From positions 29,555 through 93,554 of the forward strand of contig CAVZEZ010000020.1 in NCBI GenBank assembly GCA_963774425.1: DNA of 64,000 nt, in the 5' to 3' direction. Shown one piece after another: positions 1-10,374 of the stretch. Numbering within the stretch: the stretch's first letter is position 1; every line of letters starts with the position of its first letter. The translations under genes were made by a program, and so were the position numbers. The DNA comes from an uncultured delta proteobacterium. Lineage in GTDB: Bacteria; Desulfobacterota; Desulfobacteria; Desulfobacterales; JAFDCJ01. The notes beneath the pieces are model-generated. The model worked only from the letters and a program-made list of their open reading frames with translations. It was not told the DNA's origin and did no database searches.

Positions 1-47
1 TTATGAATGATGTCAGAAAAAAGTATTGACGATGCATTAACAATATA

Positions 48-71
48 ATATATGAACATATGTGCATATAT
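48..71. promoter_or_regulatory. ArsR/SmtB-type operator palindrome overlapping the promoter of the arsR-like gene
   Basis: ATATATGAACAT|ATGTGCATATAT is a 24-bp inverted repeat with 1 mismatch. TTGACG lies at 26-31 and TATAAT at 44-49, just upstream of an ArsR-family gene. Confidence 0.75.
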
Positions 72-84
72 AGGGGATTAAAAT

Positions 85-459
85 ATGTCGGAAGCCAAAG
101 CCAGACAGATTGATGCAGATGGATGCCGCAAGCGGGTGATACATCTTGACCGTGTTGAACGCGCCCGGAAGGAAGTGGCCTCAGACGGGGATACGGAACG
201 GCTGTCCTCTATTTTCCGGGGGCTGGGAGATCCGACCCGACTCAAAATAGTAATGGCGCTAAAAAACGTCGAAATGTGTGTGTGCGATCTGGGAGTATTT
301 ATCGGTTTGAGCGAATCGGCCGTGTCCCACCAATTGCGGCGGCTTAAAGATCTGGCGTTGGTCAAAAGCCGTCGTGACGGTCAAATCGTTTATTATTCCC
401 TGGATGATGAGCACGTCACGGCATTGCTGGAGATGGGTTTGGAACATGTGAGGGAATGA
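85..459 (+). CDS. ArsR/SmtB (CadC-like) metal-sensing transcriptional repressor
   Basis: Motifs LGDPTRLKI, EMCVCDL, SESAVSHQLRRL and RRDGQIVYYSLDDEHV are typical of the family. Confidence 0.93.
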   Translation: MSEAKARQIDADGCRKRVIHLDRVERARKEVASDGDTERLSSIFRGLGDPTRLKIVMALKNVEMCVCDLGVFIGLSESAVSHQLRRLKDLALVKSRRDGQIVYYSLDDEHVTALLEMGLEHVRE

Positions 460-548
460 TTGCGAGTTTTTTTTGCTCGTGAATGCGAGGCCCTGTCGGC
501 CGGATTCCGGTTCAGGCAGATTCTATTTTTTTTTCGGGAGGACATATC

Positions 549-1679
549 TTGAATTTTGCGATAAACGTTTGTATGGAATCCTGGCGCCTGCTGCTCGAGG
601 CAGCCCCATATATTATCTTCGGCCTGGCGGTCAGCGGCCTGCTGAGGGTTTTTCTCAATCCGGGTGCGGTTGTGCGCCATCTGGGCCGCGGCCGGTTTTC
701 CTCGGTGTTCAAGGCCGCCTTTCTGGGCATTCCAATACCATTGTGATCGTGCGGCGTTCTGCCCGCAGCCGTGTCGCTGCGCAAACAAGGCGCCACCAAA
801 GGCGCAACCACCGCTTTTTTGATTTCAACGCCGGAGTCCGGCGTCGATTCCATTTCCATCACTTATGCCCTGTTGGATCCTGTCATGACGGTGGCACGGC
901 CGGTTGCGGCCTTTTTCACAGCCGCGGCGGCGGGGGTCGCCGAAAATATCTTCAACCGCGACGAAAAGATTTCGCAAATCGCACCGGATTTAAGCTGTCC
1001 GGTAGACGGCTGCTGCAGCGGCGTTGATTGCGATCCGGCCCAACACAGCCGCCACCACACGTTGCCCGAAAAACTCAAAGCCGGATTCGGCTATGCATTT
1101 GGCGAGTTATGGGAAGATATCGCAAAATGGTTTCTTTTCGGGCTGTTGCTGGCCGGCTTGATTACGGTATTGATCCCGGACGATATCTTCAGCCGATATC
1201 TTGCAGGGGGTTTGCCGTCTATGATGCTGATGTTGATCATCGGGATCCCATGGTATATATGTGCCACCGCCTCGACTCCCATCGCTGCGGCACTGATATT
1301 GAAAGGCGTCAGCCCGGGGACGGCTCTGGTGTTCTTGTTGGCGGGTCCGGCCACGAATATGGCATCCCTGACGGTACTGACCGGTCATTTGGGCAAGCGC
1401 GCGACGGCCATCTATCTGACTTCCATCGCGATATGCAGTGTCCTTTTCGGTTTGCTGGTGGATCAAGTTTATTTGCAGTGGGGGATTTCGGCCCGGGCGA
1501 TGGCAGGCCAGGCTTCCGAAGTGTTGCCGGTGTGGTTGCACTGGGGAGCTTCTTTGCTGGTGTTGCTTTTTTCGTTCAGAACTCTGTATACCCGGCTCGC
1601 CGCATTTTTCAGGACCGCCACCCCGCCGCAAACCGCCGCCGAACCCATTGCGGATACGCCAAGCTGCGGTTCGACATGA
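549..1679 (+). CDS. SO_0444/DUF318-family metal efflux permease, selenoprotein (UGA 744-746 = Sec); may extend to 1691 through a second UGA
   Basis: ORFs 483..746 and 771..1679 are in the same frame, joined by GIPIPL-UGA-SCGVLPAA where the family has PLCSCG. GGAGG RBS precedes TTG at 549. Also ISTPESGVDSI, IPWYICATASTP, FLLAGPATN and a Cys/His-rich loop. Confidence 0.88.
756..786 (+). other. Candidate bacterial SECIS hairpin for UGA 744-746
   Basis: Stem CGCAGC(764-769)/GCTGCG(776-781) with loop CGTGTC. G is at loop position 2 and the loop starts 23 nt after the UGA. Confidence 0.55.
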
Positions 1680-1691
1680 GGATGTTCCTGA

Positions 1692-1706
1692 GAACCGGTC
1701 GGGTTC
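1692..1706 (+). other. Candidate SECIS hairpin for UGA 1677-1679
   Basis: GAACC-GGTCG-GGTTC: a G-starting loop 18 nt after UGA 1677-1679. Confidence 0.4.
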
Positions 1707-1775
1707 AAATATAGCCACCGCCTGGCATTTGTCCCATTCGCCATATGGGAAAACCGAGTACCAGCCGGGCTACAG

Positions 1776-2576
1776 TTATTGGCCGAGCCGCTGCGCACCG
1801 CAAAACAGATATAATCCGGGGCCGTCCGCCAAAGACGCCAGGGTAATATTCAATTCCGAGGCCAGATAGACCGCCAGAGCCGTCGGCAGCGACAGGGCCA
1901 GGATGATCGGAATGCGCGCCCGGGCCGCCTTTTGTACCAGCTCGTAGCTGATGCGCGAAGACAGGATCAGGACTTTAGCCCGTTGCAGTTTGTGGTCCAG
2001 AAACACCTTGCCGATGGCCTTGTCAAGGGCATTGTGCCGACCGACATCCTCGGCGGAGGACAAAAAGTCCAACTTCGAATCGTAGAGGACGGCGGCATGC
2101 GCTGCCCGTGTCTGCGCCCGCAGCGGCTGGTGCCGGGAAATCGTTTCCAGGCAGGACAAGGCTTGCCCGGCATCGATCCGGATATCATCGCTGAGAGGCT
2201 TCAGGAGTTGAAAAAGATCTTGTACGATCTCTTTCCCACAAAGTCCGCAGCTGGATTGACTGATAAACCCCCTGCGATCCAGGATTTCAGCAATCTTACC
2301 GCGGCGGTTTGGTTTCAGCGTCACCGCGATCACATTGGTATCCTCCGCATCGCAGAAGGCGATCGAGACATAATCCTCCGGTGAATCGATGATGCCTTCG
2401 GTCAGACAGAATCCGGCTGCCAGGGGGATTTCATCTCCTGGCGTGCGCATCATGACGGAGTATGGATTTCCTTCCACTCGAATTGAAAGCGGTTCTTCTC
2501 TTAAAAGCGCCTTTTCATGGGCCTTTCCGGCTGCCGTGTCCCAGTGGATCAGAGGATGGACGATGGTCTTTTTCAA
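1776..2576 (-). CDS. fdhD: Formate dehydrogenase accessory sulfurtransferase FdhD
   Basis: EEPLSIRVEG, MRTPGDE, SSCGLCG, EDVGRHNALDKAIG and SRISYELVQKA motifs. Confidence 0.95.
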   Translation of the reverse strand: MKKTIVHPLIHWDTAAGKAHEKALLREEPLSIRVEGNPYSVMMRTPGDEIPLAAGFCLTEGIIDSPEDYVSIAFCDAEDTNVIAVTLKPNRRGKIAEILDRRGFISQSSCGLCGKEIVQDLFQLLKPLSDDIRIDAGQALSCLETISRHQPLRAQTRAAHAAVLYDSKLDFLSSAEDVGRHNALDKAIGKVFLDHKLQRAKVLILSSRISYELVQKAARARIPIILALSLPTALAVYLASELNITLASLADGPGLYLFCGAQRLGQ

Positions 2577-2640
2577 TTGTGCCTCCGAAGTGGTCGATCT
2601 GAGTGCTTAGCCAAACGATTACGAACTAATACTTGTCAAA

Positions 2641-2818
2641 AAGGTTATTAAGCCTTTAGACTGTTTGAGGTTTCAGGTGTCCGGCGTCAGCGACGCGGTA
2701 AACCGCTATAGCGGTTTCTTTAATCGGAAAAAGGACTCCCGGCTATAGAGATTCATCCGAGGTATCAGACAGGGATGGCGCCAAATTCTGACACCTGACA
2801 CCTGACACCTATAACCTT
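2641..2818. repeat. Palindromic intergenic element built from 7-nt units (CTGACAC)
   Basis: 2668-2690 matches the reverse complement of 2788-2810 at 20/23. AAGGTTAT (2641) and ATAACCTT (2811) form an outer inverted repeat. A perfect 18-bp palindrome AAACCGCTATAGCGGTTT lies at 2700-2717. Confidence 0.75.
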
Positions 2819-2963
2819 ATTTTAATTTCGCCATGCCTTTGCTGCCCCTCAGGGGCCATTCCTTCCAGGCTGTCTTGGAAGAAACCCATATTAATTATAT
2901 GGCCGGTTGATGATATGTCCAATTTGATGTAAAATTCAAGCATCTTAATCAGGAAAATTTTGC

Positions 2964-2991
2964 TTGACAAATAGCGTGAAAAAATTAATAT
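2964..2991 (+). promoter_or_regulatory. Sigma70-like promoter of the rplU operon
   Basis: TTGACA-N16-TAATAT upstream of the GGAGG RBS of rplU. Confidence 0.55.
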
Positions 2992-3043
2992 TTACTGATT
3001 TTAATAAAAAGAGACTCAAAATAAGTTACAGGAGGCCGACCCC

Positions 3044-3478
3044 ATGTATGTGGTTGTAAATTCAGGTGGAAAACAATACAAAGTCCAGCAAGGTCAAATC
3101 TTGAGAGTCGAAAAGATTCCGGGAGATGTGGGTACCCCCATGACCTTTGACCGGGTCCTGATGTTTTCAGACGGTGAAAATGTCAGCATCGGTCAGCCGT
3201 TGCTGGAAAATATCGAAGTCGAAGGACACATCGTTGAACAGGGCAAGGCCAAAAAGGTAATTGTCTTTAAGTACAAACGTCGAAAGCGCTACCGGCGCAA
3301 GCAGGGCCATCGCCAGGCATTCACGGCCGTGCAAATCGACAGCATTCAAGCCGGGGACGCCGCAACGCGGCAGGAAGCCGAATCGCAGGACGAATCCGCG
3401 GCGGCGGCAACAGTGAGCGAAGCAGGGGAAAGCGCTCCCCAAAAGCCGGAAACGGGCGCGACTGCGACAGAGGAATAA
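3044..3478 (+). CDS. rplU: 50S ribosomal protein L21 with an acidic/Ala-rich C-terminal extension
   Basis: GGKQYKV and KVIVFKYKRRKRYRRKQGHRQ motifs. Confidence 0.97.
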   Translation: MYVVVNSGGKQYKVQQGQILRVEKIPGDVGTPMTFDRVLMFSDGENVSIGQPLLENIEVEGHIVEQGKAKKVIVFKYKRRKRYRRKQGHRQAFTAVQIDSIQAGDAATRQEAESQDESAAAATVSEAGESAPQKPETGATATEE

Positions 3479-3585
3479 AGAAAACCGAAATCCGTTCCGA
3501 ACGGCGGCAATGCACCCGGGTTTATTGACTTATATCCGGCAGGCGTGAGCTCGGGATGGTATTGCAATGTATAAGGAGTTTTATC

Positions 3586-3840
3586 ATGGCTCATAAAAAG
3601 GCAGGCGGCAGCTCGAAAAACGGCCGCGACAGCAACGCACAGCGACGCGGCGTCAAGCGTTTTGGCGGTGAAACCGTAAAAGCCGGCAACATCCTGGTGC
3701 GGCAGTTGGGAACCAGAATCCATCCGGGGGAAAATGTTGGCATGGGCAGGGATTACACCCTCTTCGCCAAAATCGACGGTACCGTTTCCTTTGAAAGAAA
3801 AGGGCGCGCAAATAAAAAAGTCAGCGTTTATGCCGAGTGA
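3586..3840 (+). CDS. rpmA: 50S ribosomal protein L27
   Basis: [17 protein letters not shown]-terminus. AAGGAG RBS precedes ATG 3586. Confidence 0.98.
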   Translation: MAHKKAGGSSKNGRDSNAQRRGVKRFGGETVKAGNILVRQLGTRIHPGENVGMGRDYTLFAKIDGTVSFERKGRANKKVSVYAE

Positions 3841-4838
3841 AATTTTTTGATGAAGCGTCAATTGCCGTCCAATCTGGAAACGGCGGCCGCGGCTGTGTAA
3901 GTTTCAGACGTGAAAGATTCGTCCCCCGGGGCGGACCGGACGGCGGCGATGGCGGTAAAGGCGGCGATGTCATTTTAAAAAGCACATCGCAACGGCGCAC
4001 CTTGTATCAGTTCCGATTTAAACGCGAGTTTAAGGCGAAAAACGGGGGCCACGGCCAGGGAAAGCAAAAGACGGGCAAGGATGCGAATGACCTTATCATT
4101 GAAATTCCGCCGGGTACGCTGATCAAAGATGCCGAAACCGATGAAATCCTGAAAGATTTCAGTCAGCCCGGCGAGGTATTTATCATTGCCAAGGGCGGAC
4201 GGGGCGGACGGGGCAACTCCCGCTTCAAAACTTCCACGCATCGTACACCGCGATTCGCCCAACCCGGGGAGCCCGGCCAATTTCTCAAACTGAAACTTGA
4301 ACTTAAGCTCATCGCCGATGTGGGCCTTATCGGTTTGCCCAATGCGGGCAAATCCACGCTGATCAGCGTCATCTCTTCCGCAACTCCCAAAATTGCCGAA
4401 TATCCCTTCACCACCCTGGTCCCGACCCTTGGCGTGGTTCAAACAGACAAGCCTTTCGTGGTAGCTGATATTCCCGGATTGATCGAAGGCGCCCATCGGG
4501 GAATCGGCCTCGGAATTCGGTTCTTGCGCCACATCGAACGCACGCGTATATTGATTCATCTCATCGATGTAACGGCCATCGATCCCCAAAATCCGTTGAA
4601 GGGATATGAAACCATCAACAGGGAACTGGCCGGTTACAGTCCGCTGCTTCTGAAAAAGCCCCAGATTATTGTTTTGAACAAACTGGATATACCCGGGACC
4701 GAACAGACAGCCCAAATATTTAAGTCCGCAGTCAAGAACCGGGAGGTCTCTCTGATTTCGGCCGCTGCCCGCAAAGGGATTCAGCCACTCGTGTCCAGGA
4801 TTGCTGAACTGTTGGATCGGTTCCATGAGGAAAAATGA
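3837..4838 (+). CDS. obgE: GTPase ObgE
   Basis: [38 protein letters not shown] and NKLD motifs. Confidence 0.97.
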   Translation: MKFFDEASIAVQSGNGGRGCVSFRRERFVPRGGPDGGDGGKGGDVILKSTSQRRTLYQFRFKREFKAKNGGHGQGKQKTGKDANDLIIEIPPGTLIKDAETDEILKDFSQPGEVFIIAKGGRGGRGNSRFKTSTHRTPRFAQPGEPGQFLKLKLELKLIADVGLIGLPNAGKSTLISVISSATPKIAEYPFTTLVPTLGVVQTDKPFVVADIPGLIEGAHRGIGLGIRFLRHIERTRILIHLIDVTAIDPQNPLKGYETINRELAGYSPLLLKKPQIIVLNKLDIPGTEQTAQIFKSAVKNREVSLISAAARKGIQPLVSRIAELLDRFHEEK

Positions 4839-5967
4839 CACCCTGAATTTCATGCACGCCAAACGAATCGTCGTCAAAGTGGGCAGCAACGTGCTGACCG
4901 AAGATAACGGCTTGAATTTGAAAGCCATACGCTCTCTGGCCCGTCAGATATGCCGGTTGATTGAAAGTGGATTGGAGGTGATTCTGGTATCCTCCGGGGC
5001 CATGGCTTCAGGTATCAAGAAAATCGGACTTGCCCGCCGGCCGGATGAACTTCCCAAACGTCAGGCGGTGGCCGCCATCGGCCAGGCCGGTCTGATGATG
5101 GAATACGAAAAAGCATTTGGCCGCTATCATCGTCAGGTCGCCCAGATTCTTCTGACCAGCGAAGACCTCTCCAGTCGCAAACGATACCTGAACGCCCGTA
5201 ACACCCTTTATACCCTGCTGTCCTGGAAGGTGGTCCCCATAATCAATGAAAATGACACCGTATGGGTCGAAGAGATCAAACTGGGTGACAACGACAACCT
5301 GGCAGCCATGATCACGCTATTAATGGATGCCGACGTCCTGATCAACCTGACGGATATAGATGGTCTGTACAACAAGGATCCAAGGGTGCATCCCGGTGCC
5401 GAACTGATCGAATCGGTTTCCGCTATTAATAGAGAAACCGAGAAACTGGCCGGCGATATTCCGGGCGCCTTGGGAACCGGGGGCATGATCAGCAAGATCA
5501 AGGCCGCTAGAAAAGTCAATTCCGCCGGAGTGCCCATGGTGATTGCTGGCGGCAGCCTCCCCAATGTATTGCTGAAATTGTTTGCAGGCCAGAAACTGGG
5601 GACATATTTTGTTCCCGGCGTCCATAAATTGGCCAGCCGCAAATGCTGGATCGCCTTTTCGCTTAAGCCCAAAGGCATTATCAGAATCGATGACGGGGCC
5701 GTCCGGGCGCTTTTAAAAAACGGAAAAAGCTTGCTGCCCAGCGGCATTACGTCGGTGGAAAAGGATTTCGGCGTCGGTGCCCCGGTAGAATTCCGGAACC
5801 GCAACAACGAACCCCTGGGAATCGGACTGGTTAACTACAGTTCGGCTGAAATCAGAAAGATCCAGGGTTTAAAAAGCAGCCACATAAAGCAGGTGCTGGG
5901 CCACAAGTCCTACGATGAGGTTATTCATCGGGACAACCTGGCGGTTACGGCCGCCTGTGAAATTTAA
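4825..5967 (+). CDS. proB: Glutamate 5-kinase with PUA domain
   Basis: RIVVKVGSNVLT, NENDTV, GDNDNLAA and GTGGMISKIKAA motifs. Confidence 0.96.
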   Translation: MRKNDTLNFMHAKRIVVKVGSNVLTEDNGLNLKAIRSLARQICRLIESGLEVILVSSGAMASGIKKIGLARRPDELPKRQAVAAIGQAGLMMEYEKAFGRYHRQVAQILLTSEDLSSRKRYLNARNTLYTLLSWKVVPIINENDTVWVEEIKLGDNDNLAAMITLLMDADVLINLTDIDGLYNKDPRVHPGAELIESVSAINRETEKLAGDIPGALGTGGMISKIKAARKVNSAGVPMVIAGGSLPNVLLKLFAGQKLGTYFVPGVHKLASRKCWIAFSLKPKGIIRIDDGAVRALLKNGKSLLPSGITSVEKDFGVGAPVEFRNRNNEPLGIGLVNYSSAEIRKIQGLKSSHIKQVLGHKSYDEVIHRDNLAVTAACEI

Positions 5968-5999
5968 ATAAGGATAGATATCGATTGGAAATTTGAACC

Positions 6000-7256
6000 A
6001 TGACCCTGGAATCAACCATCAAAGAAATGGCAGTTGCGGCCAGACATGCAGCCAACGATCTGGCCCGGGTTTCCACCGCTCAAAAAAATGCAGCCCTGAT
6101 GTCCATTGCGGCCGGACTCGAAAAAGGCTCCGCCTTCATTAAAACGGAAAATCGAAAAGATCTCACCAGAGCTGAAGAAATGGGGCTATCCGATGCCATG
6201 GTGGATCGATTGACCATCAGGGACGAAACTATCATTGCGATGGTTTCCGGACTCAGGGAGGTCGTGAGTCTGCACGACCCGGTGGCGACCATGGGTCCGA
6301 GCTGGATTCGGCCCAACGGTCTGCAGGTGGCCCGCATGCGGATTCCGTTGGGAGTCATCGGCATCATTTACGAATCGCGGCCCAATGTGACCGTTGACGC
6401 CGCCGGATTGTGCCTGAAAGCCGGCAATGCCGTTATCCTGCGAGGCGGCTCCGATGCATTTCATTCAAACCAGGCCCTGGCCGCAATCATTCATCAGGCG
6501 CTGGAGCAGGTGGATATGCCGACTGATGCCGTGCAGGTGGTGCCGGTCCGGAACCGGGAAGCTGTCTTGATGCTTTTAAATCAGGAAGCGTTTGTCGATC
6601 TGATCATCCCCCGCGGTGGTGAAGGGCTCATCCGTTTTGTGGTGGAAAATTCGAAAATTCCGGTATTGAAACATTACAAAGGGGTTTGTCATATATATGT
6701 AGACGCCGACGCCGACCTTCAAATGGCAGAGAATATTTGCTTCAATGCCAAGGTTCAACGGCCCGGCGTCTGTAATGCCATGGAAACTCTGCTGGTGCAT
6801 CGGTCGGCCGCCGAGGTCTTCCTGCCGTCCATTGCCGCACGCTTCGCACAGGCGGATGTGGAGATCAGGGGATGTCCCGAAACATGCCGCATACTGTCCA
6901 ATGCCAAAATGGCGCAAGAAGCGGACTGGTCGACGGAATACCTTGACCTGATTCTTTCCATCCGAGTCGTTGCCGATATGGATGAAGCTATAGGGCATAT
7001 TACCAGGTATTCGTCTCAACACACCGATGCGATTGTGACCAGCGATTATGATCGGGCCGGCCGCTTTGTCCGTGACGTCGATTCATCGGTGGTGCTGGTC
7101 AATGCCTCTACACGGTTCAATGATGGCGGTCAACTGGGACTGGGCGCTGAAATCGGCATCAGCACCTCCAAGTTGCACGCTTTCGGTCCCATGGGGGTGG
7201 AAGAGCTGACGACCACCAAATTCGTAGTAATGGGGCATGGACAAATTCTCGAATAG
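6000..7256 (+). CDS. proA: Glutamate-5-semialdehyde dehydrogenase
   Basis: [29 protein letters not shown] and [18 protein letters not shown] motifs. Confidence 0.97.
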   Translation: MTLESTIKEMAVAARHAANDLARVSTAQKNAALMSIAAGLEKGSAFIKTENRKDLTRAEEMGLSDAMVDRLTIRDETIIAMVSGLREVVSLHDPVATMGPSWIRPNGLQVARMRIPLGVIGIIYESRPNVTVDAAGLCLKAGNAVILRGGSDAFHSNQALAAIIHQALEQVDMPTDAVQVVPVRNREAVLMLLNQEAFVDLIIPRGGEGLIRFVVENSKIPVLKHYKGVCHIYVDADADLQMAENICFNAKVQRPGVCNAMETLLVHRSAAEVFLPSIAARFAQADVEIRGCPETCRILSNAKMAQEADWSTEYLDLILSIRVVADMDEAIGHITRYSSQHTDAIVTSDYDRAGRFVRDVDSSVVLVNASTRFNDGGQLGLGAEIGISTSKLHAFGPMGVEELTTTKFVVMGHGQILE

Positions 7257-7333
7257 CCAGACACTTAACGGCACCGCATCGACAAAAAATTGTCGATAGT
7301 TTGTCCTTACCTTCAATAAACGGGTTTAATGTC

Positions 7334-7999
7334 ATGCGTTTCGGTCTTTTCGGCGGTACTTTCAATCCGGTTCACATAGGGCATTTGCGGTCCGCGCTGG
7401 AAGTCAGGGAGGGATTCGATCTGCAGAAGGTTTTTTTGATACCGGCCGCCCTGCCGCCACATAAAACATCTGCTGAAGTGATGGACGCTGATGACCGCCT
7501 GCGGATACTCACTCTGGCATTGGAGGATACCCCCGGCCTCAGCGTCTCCGATGTCGAGTTGAAACGATCCGGCCCATCTTACACCATCGATACCGTGCGG
7601 CATTTCAGAAGCGCATTACCGGACAAATCGGAGCTATACCTGATTATGGGTCTGGATGCCTTTCTCGAGATCGATTCCTGGAAATCCTATGAGCAGTTGC
7701 TGATACAGATACCGGTTATCGTGATCGGCCGCCCGGGGGCGGGCGGCAATTCGGACCGCCACGGATGGAAGGTTCTGGATGCGTATTTAAAATCCACTCT
7801 TTCGAGTGGCTACAGGTTCTCCCAGCAACGGTCCTGTTATCTTGCACGAGACAGACAGCCGATTTACACCTTTGGGATAACCGCGTTGGACATTTCTTCG
7901 ACCATGATTCGCGGCCTTTTAAAAAAAGGCCGGTCGATCGGGTATTTAGTGCCCCGCCGGGCAGCGGAATTTATAAACTCCAGAGGACTTTATTTATGA
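7334..7999 (+). CDS. nadD: Nicotinate-nucleotide adenylyltransferase
   Basis: GLFGGTFNPVHIGH, SYTIDT and DISSTMIR motifs. Confidence 0.95.
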   Translation: MRFGLFGGTFNPVHIGHLRSALEVREGFDLQKVFLIPAALPPHKTSAEVMDADDRLRILTLALEDTPGLSVSDVELKRSGPSYTIDTVRHFRSALPDKSELYLIMGLDAFLEIDSWKSYEQLLIQIPVIVIGRPGAGGNSDRHGWKVLDAYLKSTLSSGYRFSQQRSCYLARDRQPIYTFGITALDISSTMIRGLLKKGRSIGYLVPRRAAEFINSRGLYL

Positions 8000-8370
8000 C
8001 CCAAAAACCAGATCCGTCTTTGGATCTTTATATCAAGGCGATTTTAGGAAGAAAGGCTATCAATGTCGTGGCACTGGGCGTGGGGGACCTTACTTCATAT
8101 GCGGACGTTTTCATCATATGCAGCGGCCGATCAAACCGTCAGGTCAGCGCCATTGCGGATTTCATTAAATCCGATTTAAAAAAACATGATATAAAACCGC
8201 TCAGTGTGGAAGGCACCCAGGACGGTCATTGGGTGTTGCTGGATTATGGGCATGTGATCATCCATGTATTTTATGAACCGGTGCGTGAATTTTACGATCT
8301 GGAGGGGTTGTGGTCCGATGCCAAACGAATTACGACGCCGTCATTGAAAAAAGCGGCATCCGCATCCTAG
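7996..8370 (+). CDS. rsfS: Ribosome silencing factor RsfS (Iojap)
   Basis: WVLLDYGHVIIHVF and REFYDLEGLW motifs; follows nadD. Confidence 0.94.
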   Translation: MTQKPDPSLDLYIKAILGRKAINVVALGVGDLTSYADVFIICSGRSNRQVSAIADFIKSDLKKHDIKPLSVEGTQDGHWVLLDYGHVIIHVFYEPVREFYDLEGLWSDAKRITTPSLKKAASAS

Positions 8371-8716
8371 CCCCCCAGACGGTTTCAACATCCTGTTAGC
8401 GTCTCGAAAGTAAGCCGGAGCCGGAGCCTCTGAAATACATAGGAAATTGCGCTTTGCCGGAATAATGGCCCGCAGAGCGGGAAAATACATGATCACCGGA
8501 TTAACTGCGGTGGACCGATTTACGCTTGCTGAATTGTCCACAATGTGTAAATTCCAAATTTCAAGCACCCAATAACAAATAAATCTCAAATCACAATAAT
8601 TAATGACCAAAACCGGCCGAACCCAGAAAGTGCAGCGATTCTCATTTTTCGTGTCCCAGAACTTTCTTGCGATCGTGATGAAAGGAATGAAACCGCTTCC
8701 ACCCGATTTTCCGTCC

Positions 8717-9442
8717 TCACTCGGATGCCGAGCGGATCTTTTTAAGCGTGTCGATCAACTGAATGCCGGATTCGGGGGCGGCGGCTTTGCCTGACAGGAT
8801 CTCTTCCGGCGTATAAGATGCATTGTAATAGGCTCTGTTTAAATCCTCCTGGGTTGCAATGCCGGCCCCTTCTATGGATAAACCGATAAACGCGCCCTTG
8901 GTTTTGGAATAAGAGTATATGCCTCCTTTTAGAAAAATCTCGGTAGCTGCCGACGCCTGAGCGCCTACGGGACCTGCCGCAACCGCAATATCGGCACCGA
9001 GTTTAAACTTGGTTTTCAAAAAGGAGTTCATGGTGCCGTTGCCAAGGATAACCAGAATCAAATCCACAGACTGCCCGCCGAGCTGAAGACCGAAGCTGCC
9101 GGCCCCGATACTGAAAAATGCCGGCCCCGTCCATACCCCTCTTTCATGTTTCAAAACGACCCCTTTGCCGTAGGATCCGCCGACAAGAAAGGCACCTTTG
9201 AACATGCCAGGCACAATTGCCACCCCGGCGCAGTTTTTGATCAGATCGATGGGTATGGCCTTCTCTTTCTCCACGTTGATCATCATTTCTTCCACCACGA
9301 TACGGGATTTTTCGACAATCATGCGAGCCTTATCCGCATCCAGCCCCGTCGCGTTTTCCTGCCCGGCGAAAACAACAGATTTAAACCCGCCCGACAAGAT
9401 CAAAGCTGTTATCAAAAACAAAATTACCGCAATCCGTTTCAT
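8717..9442 (-). CDS. Secreted lipid-binding SYLF (Ysc84-like) domain protein
   Basis: Signal peptide; GGSYGKGV, GAGSFGLQLGGQSVD and YSYSKTKGAFIGLSIEG motifs. Confidence 0.88.
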   Translation of the reverse strand: MKRIAVILFLITALILSGGFKSVVFAGQENATGLDADKARMIVEKSRIVVEEMMINVEKEKAIPIDLIKNCAGVAIVPGMFKGAFLVGGSYGKGVVLKHERGVWTGPAFFSIGAGSFGLQLGGQSVDLILVILGNGTMNSFLKTKFKLGADIAVAAGPVGAQASAATEIFLKGGIYSYSKTKGAFIGLSIEGAGIATQEDLNRAYYNASYTPEEILSGKAAAPESGIQLIDTLKKIRSASE

Positions 9443-9601
9443 TTAACATTTCTCCTCAATAGAGTTCAGCGCAATCGGACCGACACGAAACCCAGGCGGG
9501 CATCGCCCGGGAGCCGCGCCCAGTACCCGGGGGTGGTCCGAGCCGCACAACAGCGGTTGAGCATTAATACAAAATGCGTGCCTGAATGTCAATTCCACAT
9601 T

Positions 9602-10252
9602 CTAACCGGCAGCCGGGTCCTGGGTCTTATTCGGCCATGGACACAGATCGCATAGGGGGCAGACAGGGCATTTGGGCTTTCTGGCCGTGCATGTTTCCCG
9701 GCCGAAGAAGATAAGGCGCAAGCAGAAATCCTGCCAGTCTCTTTTCGGGACGATTTTCATCAGGTCGGATTCGATTTTGACTGGATCCCGGTGTTCGGTC
9801 AGCGCTAACCTTCCGGAAATTCTGGCCACATGAGTGTCCACCACGATCCCCGGAATACCGAAGGCGGCCCCCAGAACGACGTTGGCGGTTTTACGTCCGA
9901 CCCCGGGCATTTTGACCAGTTCCTCGAGAGTCTGTGGGACCTCGCCGTCATGGGTCTGCAAAATTGCCTGGCTGCAATTTTTAATGTTTCGGGCTTTGTT
10001 GCGGAAAAAGCCGGTGGACCGAATATAGCGCTCAATGGTATCCAAAGGCGCCGCATTGAAGTCAGCCGGTGTCTTGAGGCGATCGAACAAAACACTCGTC
10101 ACCCGGTTGACTTGTTTGTCGGTACACTGGGCCGAGAGAATCGTGGCTATCAGAAGCTGAAAAGGTGTCTCATAAAAAAGCTGGGTTTTTGCATCGGGAT
10201 AGCATTTTTTTAGGATTTTGCGAATTCTATCCGTTCGTGTTTTCAGCCGCAT
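9602..10252 (-). CDS. nth: Endonuclease III
   Basis: LIATILSAQCTD, HhH motif PGVGRKTANVV, VDTHV and an FeS cluster motif CTARKPKCPVCPLCDLC. Confidence 0.96.
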   Translation of the reverse strand: MRLKTRTDRIRKILKKCYPDAKTQLFYETPFQLLIATILSAQCTDKQVNRVTSVLFDRLKTPADFNAAPLDTIERYIRSTGFFRNKARNIKNCSQAILQTHDGEVPQTLEELVKMPGVGRKTANVVLGAAFGIPGIVVDTHVARISGRLALTEHRDPVKIESDLMKIVPKRDWQDFCLRLIFFGRETCTARKPKCPVCPLCDLCPWPNKTQDPAAG

Positions 10253-10374
10253 GCCCTTTGCCTGTTATGGGTGGGTCGTTGCGATCCACAGATTGTACGA
10301 TGAATGGCGTTTGTTGTATGCTGCCCGCTGGGAGTTGTTTGTTGTTCTAAACACAAGACAGCCTGCCCGCGGTA

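Noticed and set aside
457-459. Other TGA stops (arsR, obgE, FDH beta, rubredoxin) as possible Sec
   Set aside because: They fall at the normal family C-terminus and not at a conserved Cys position.
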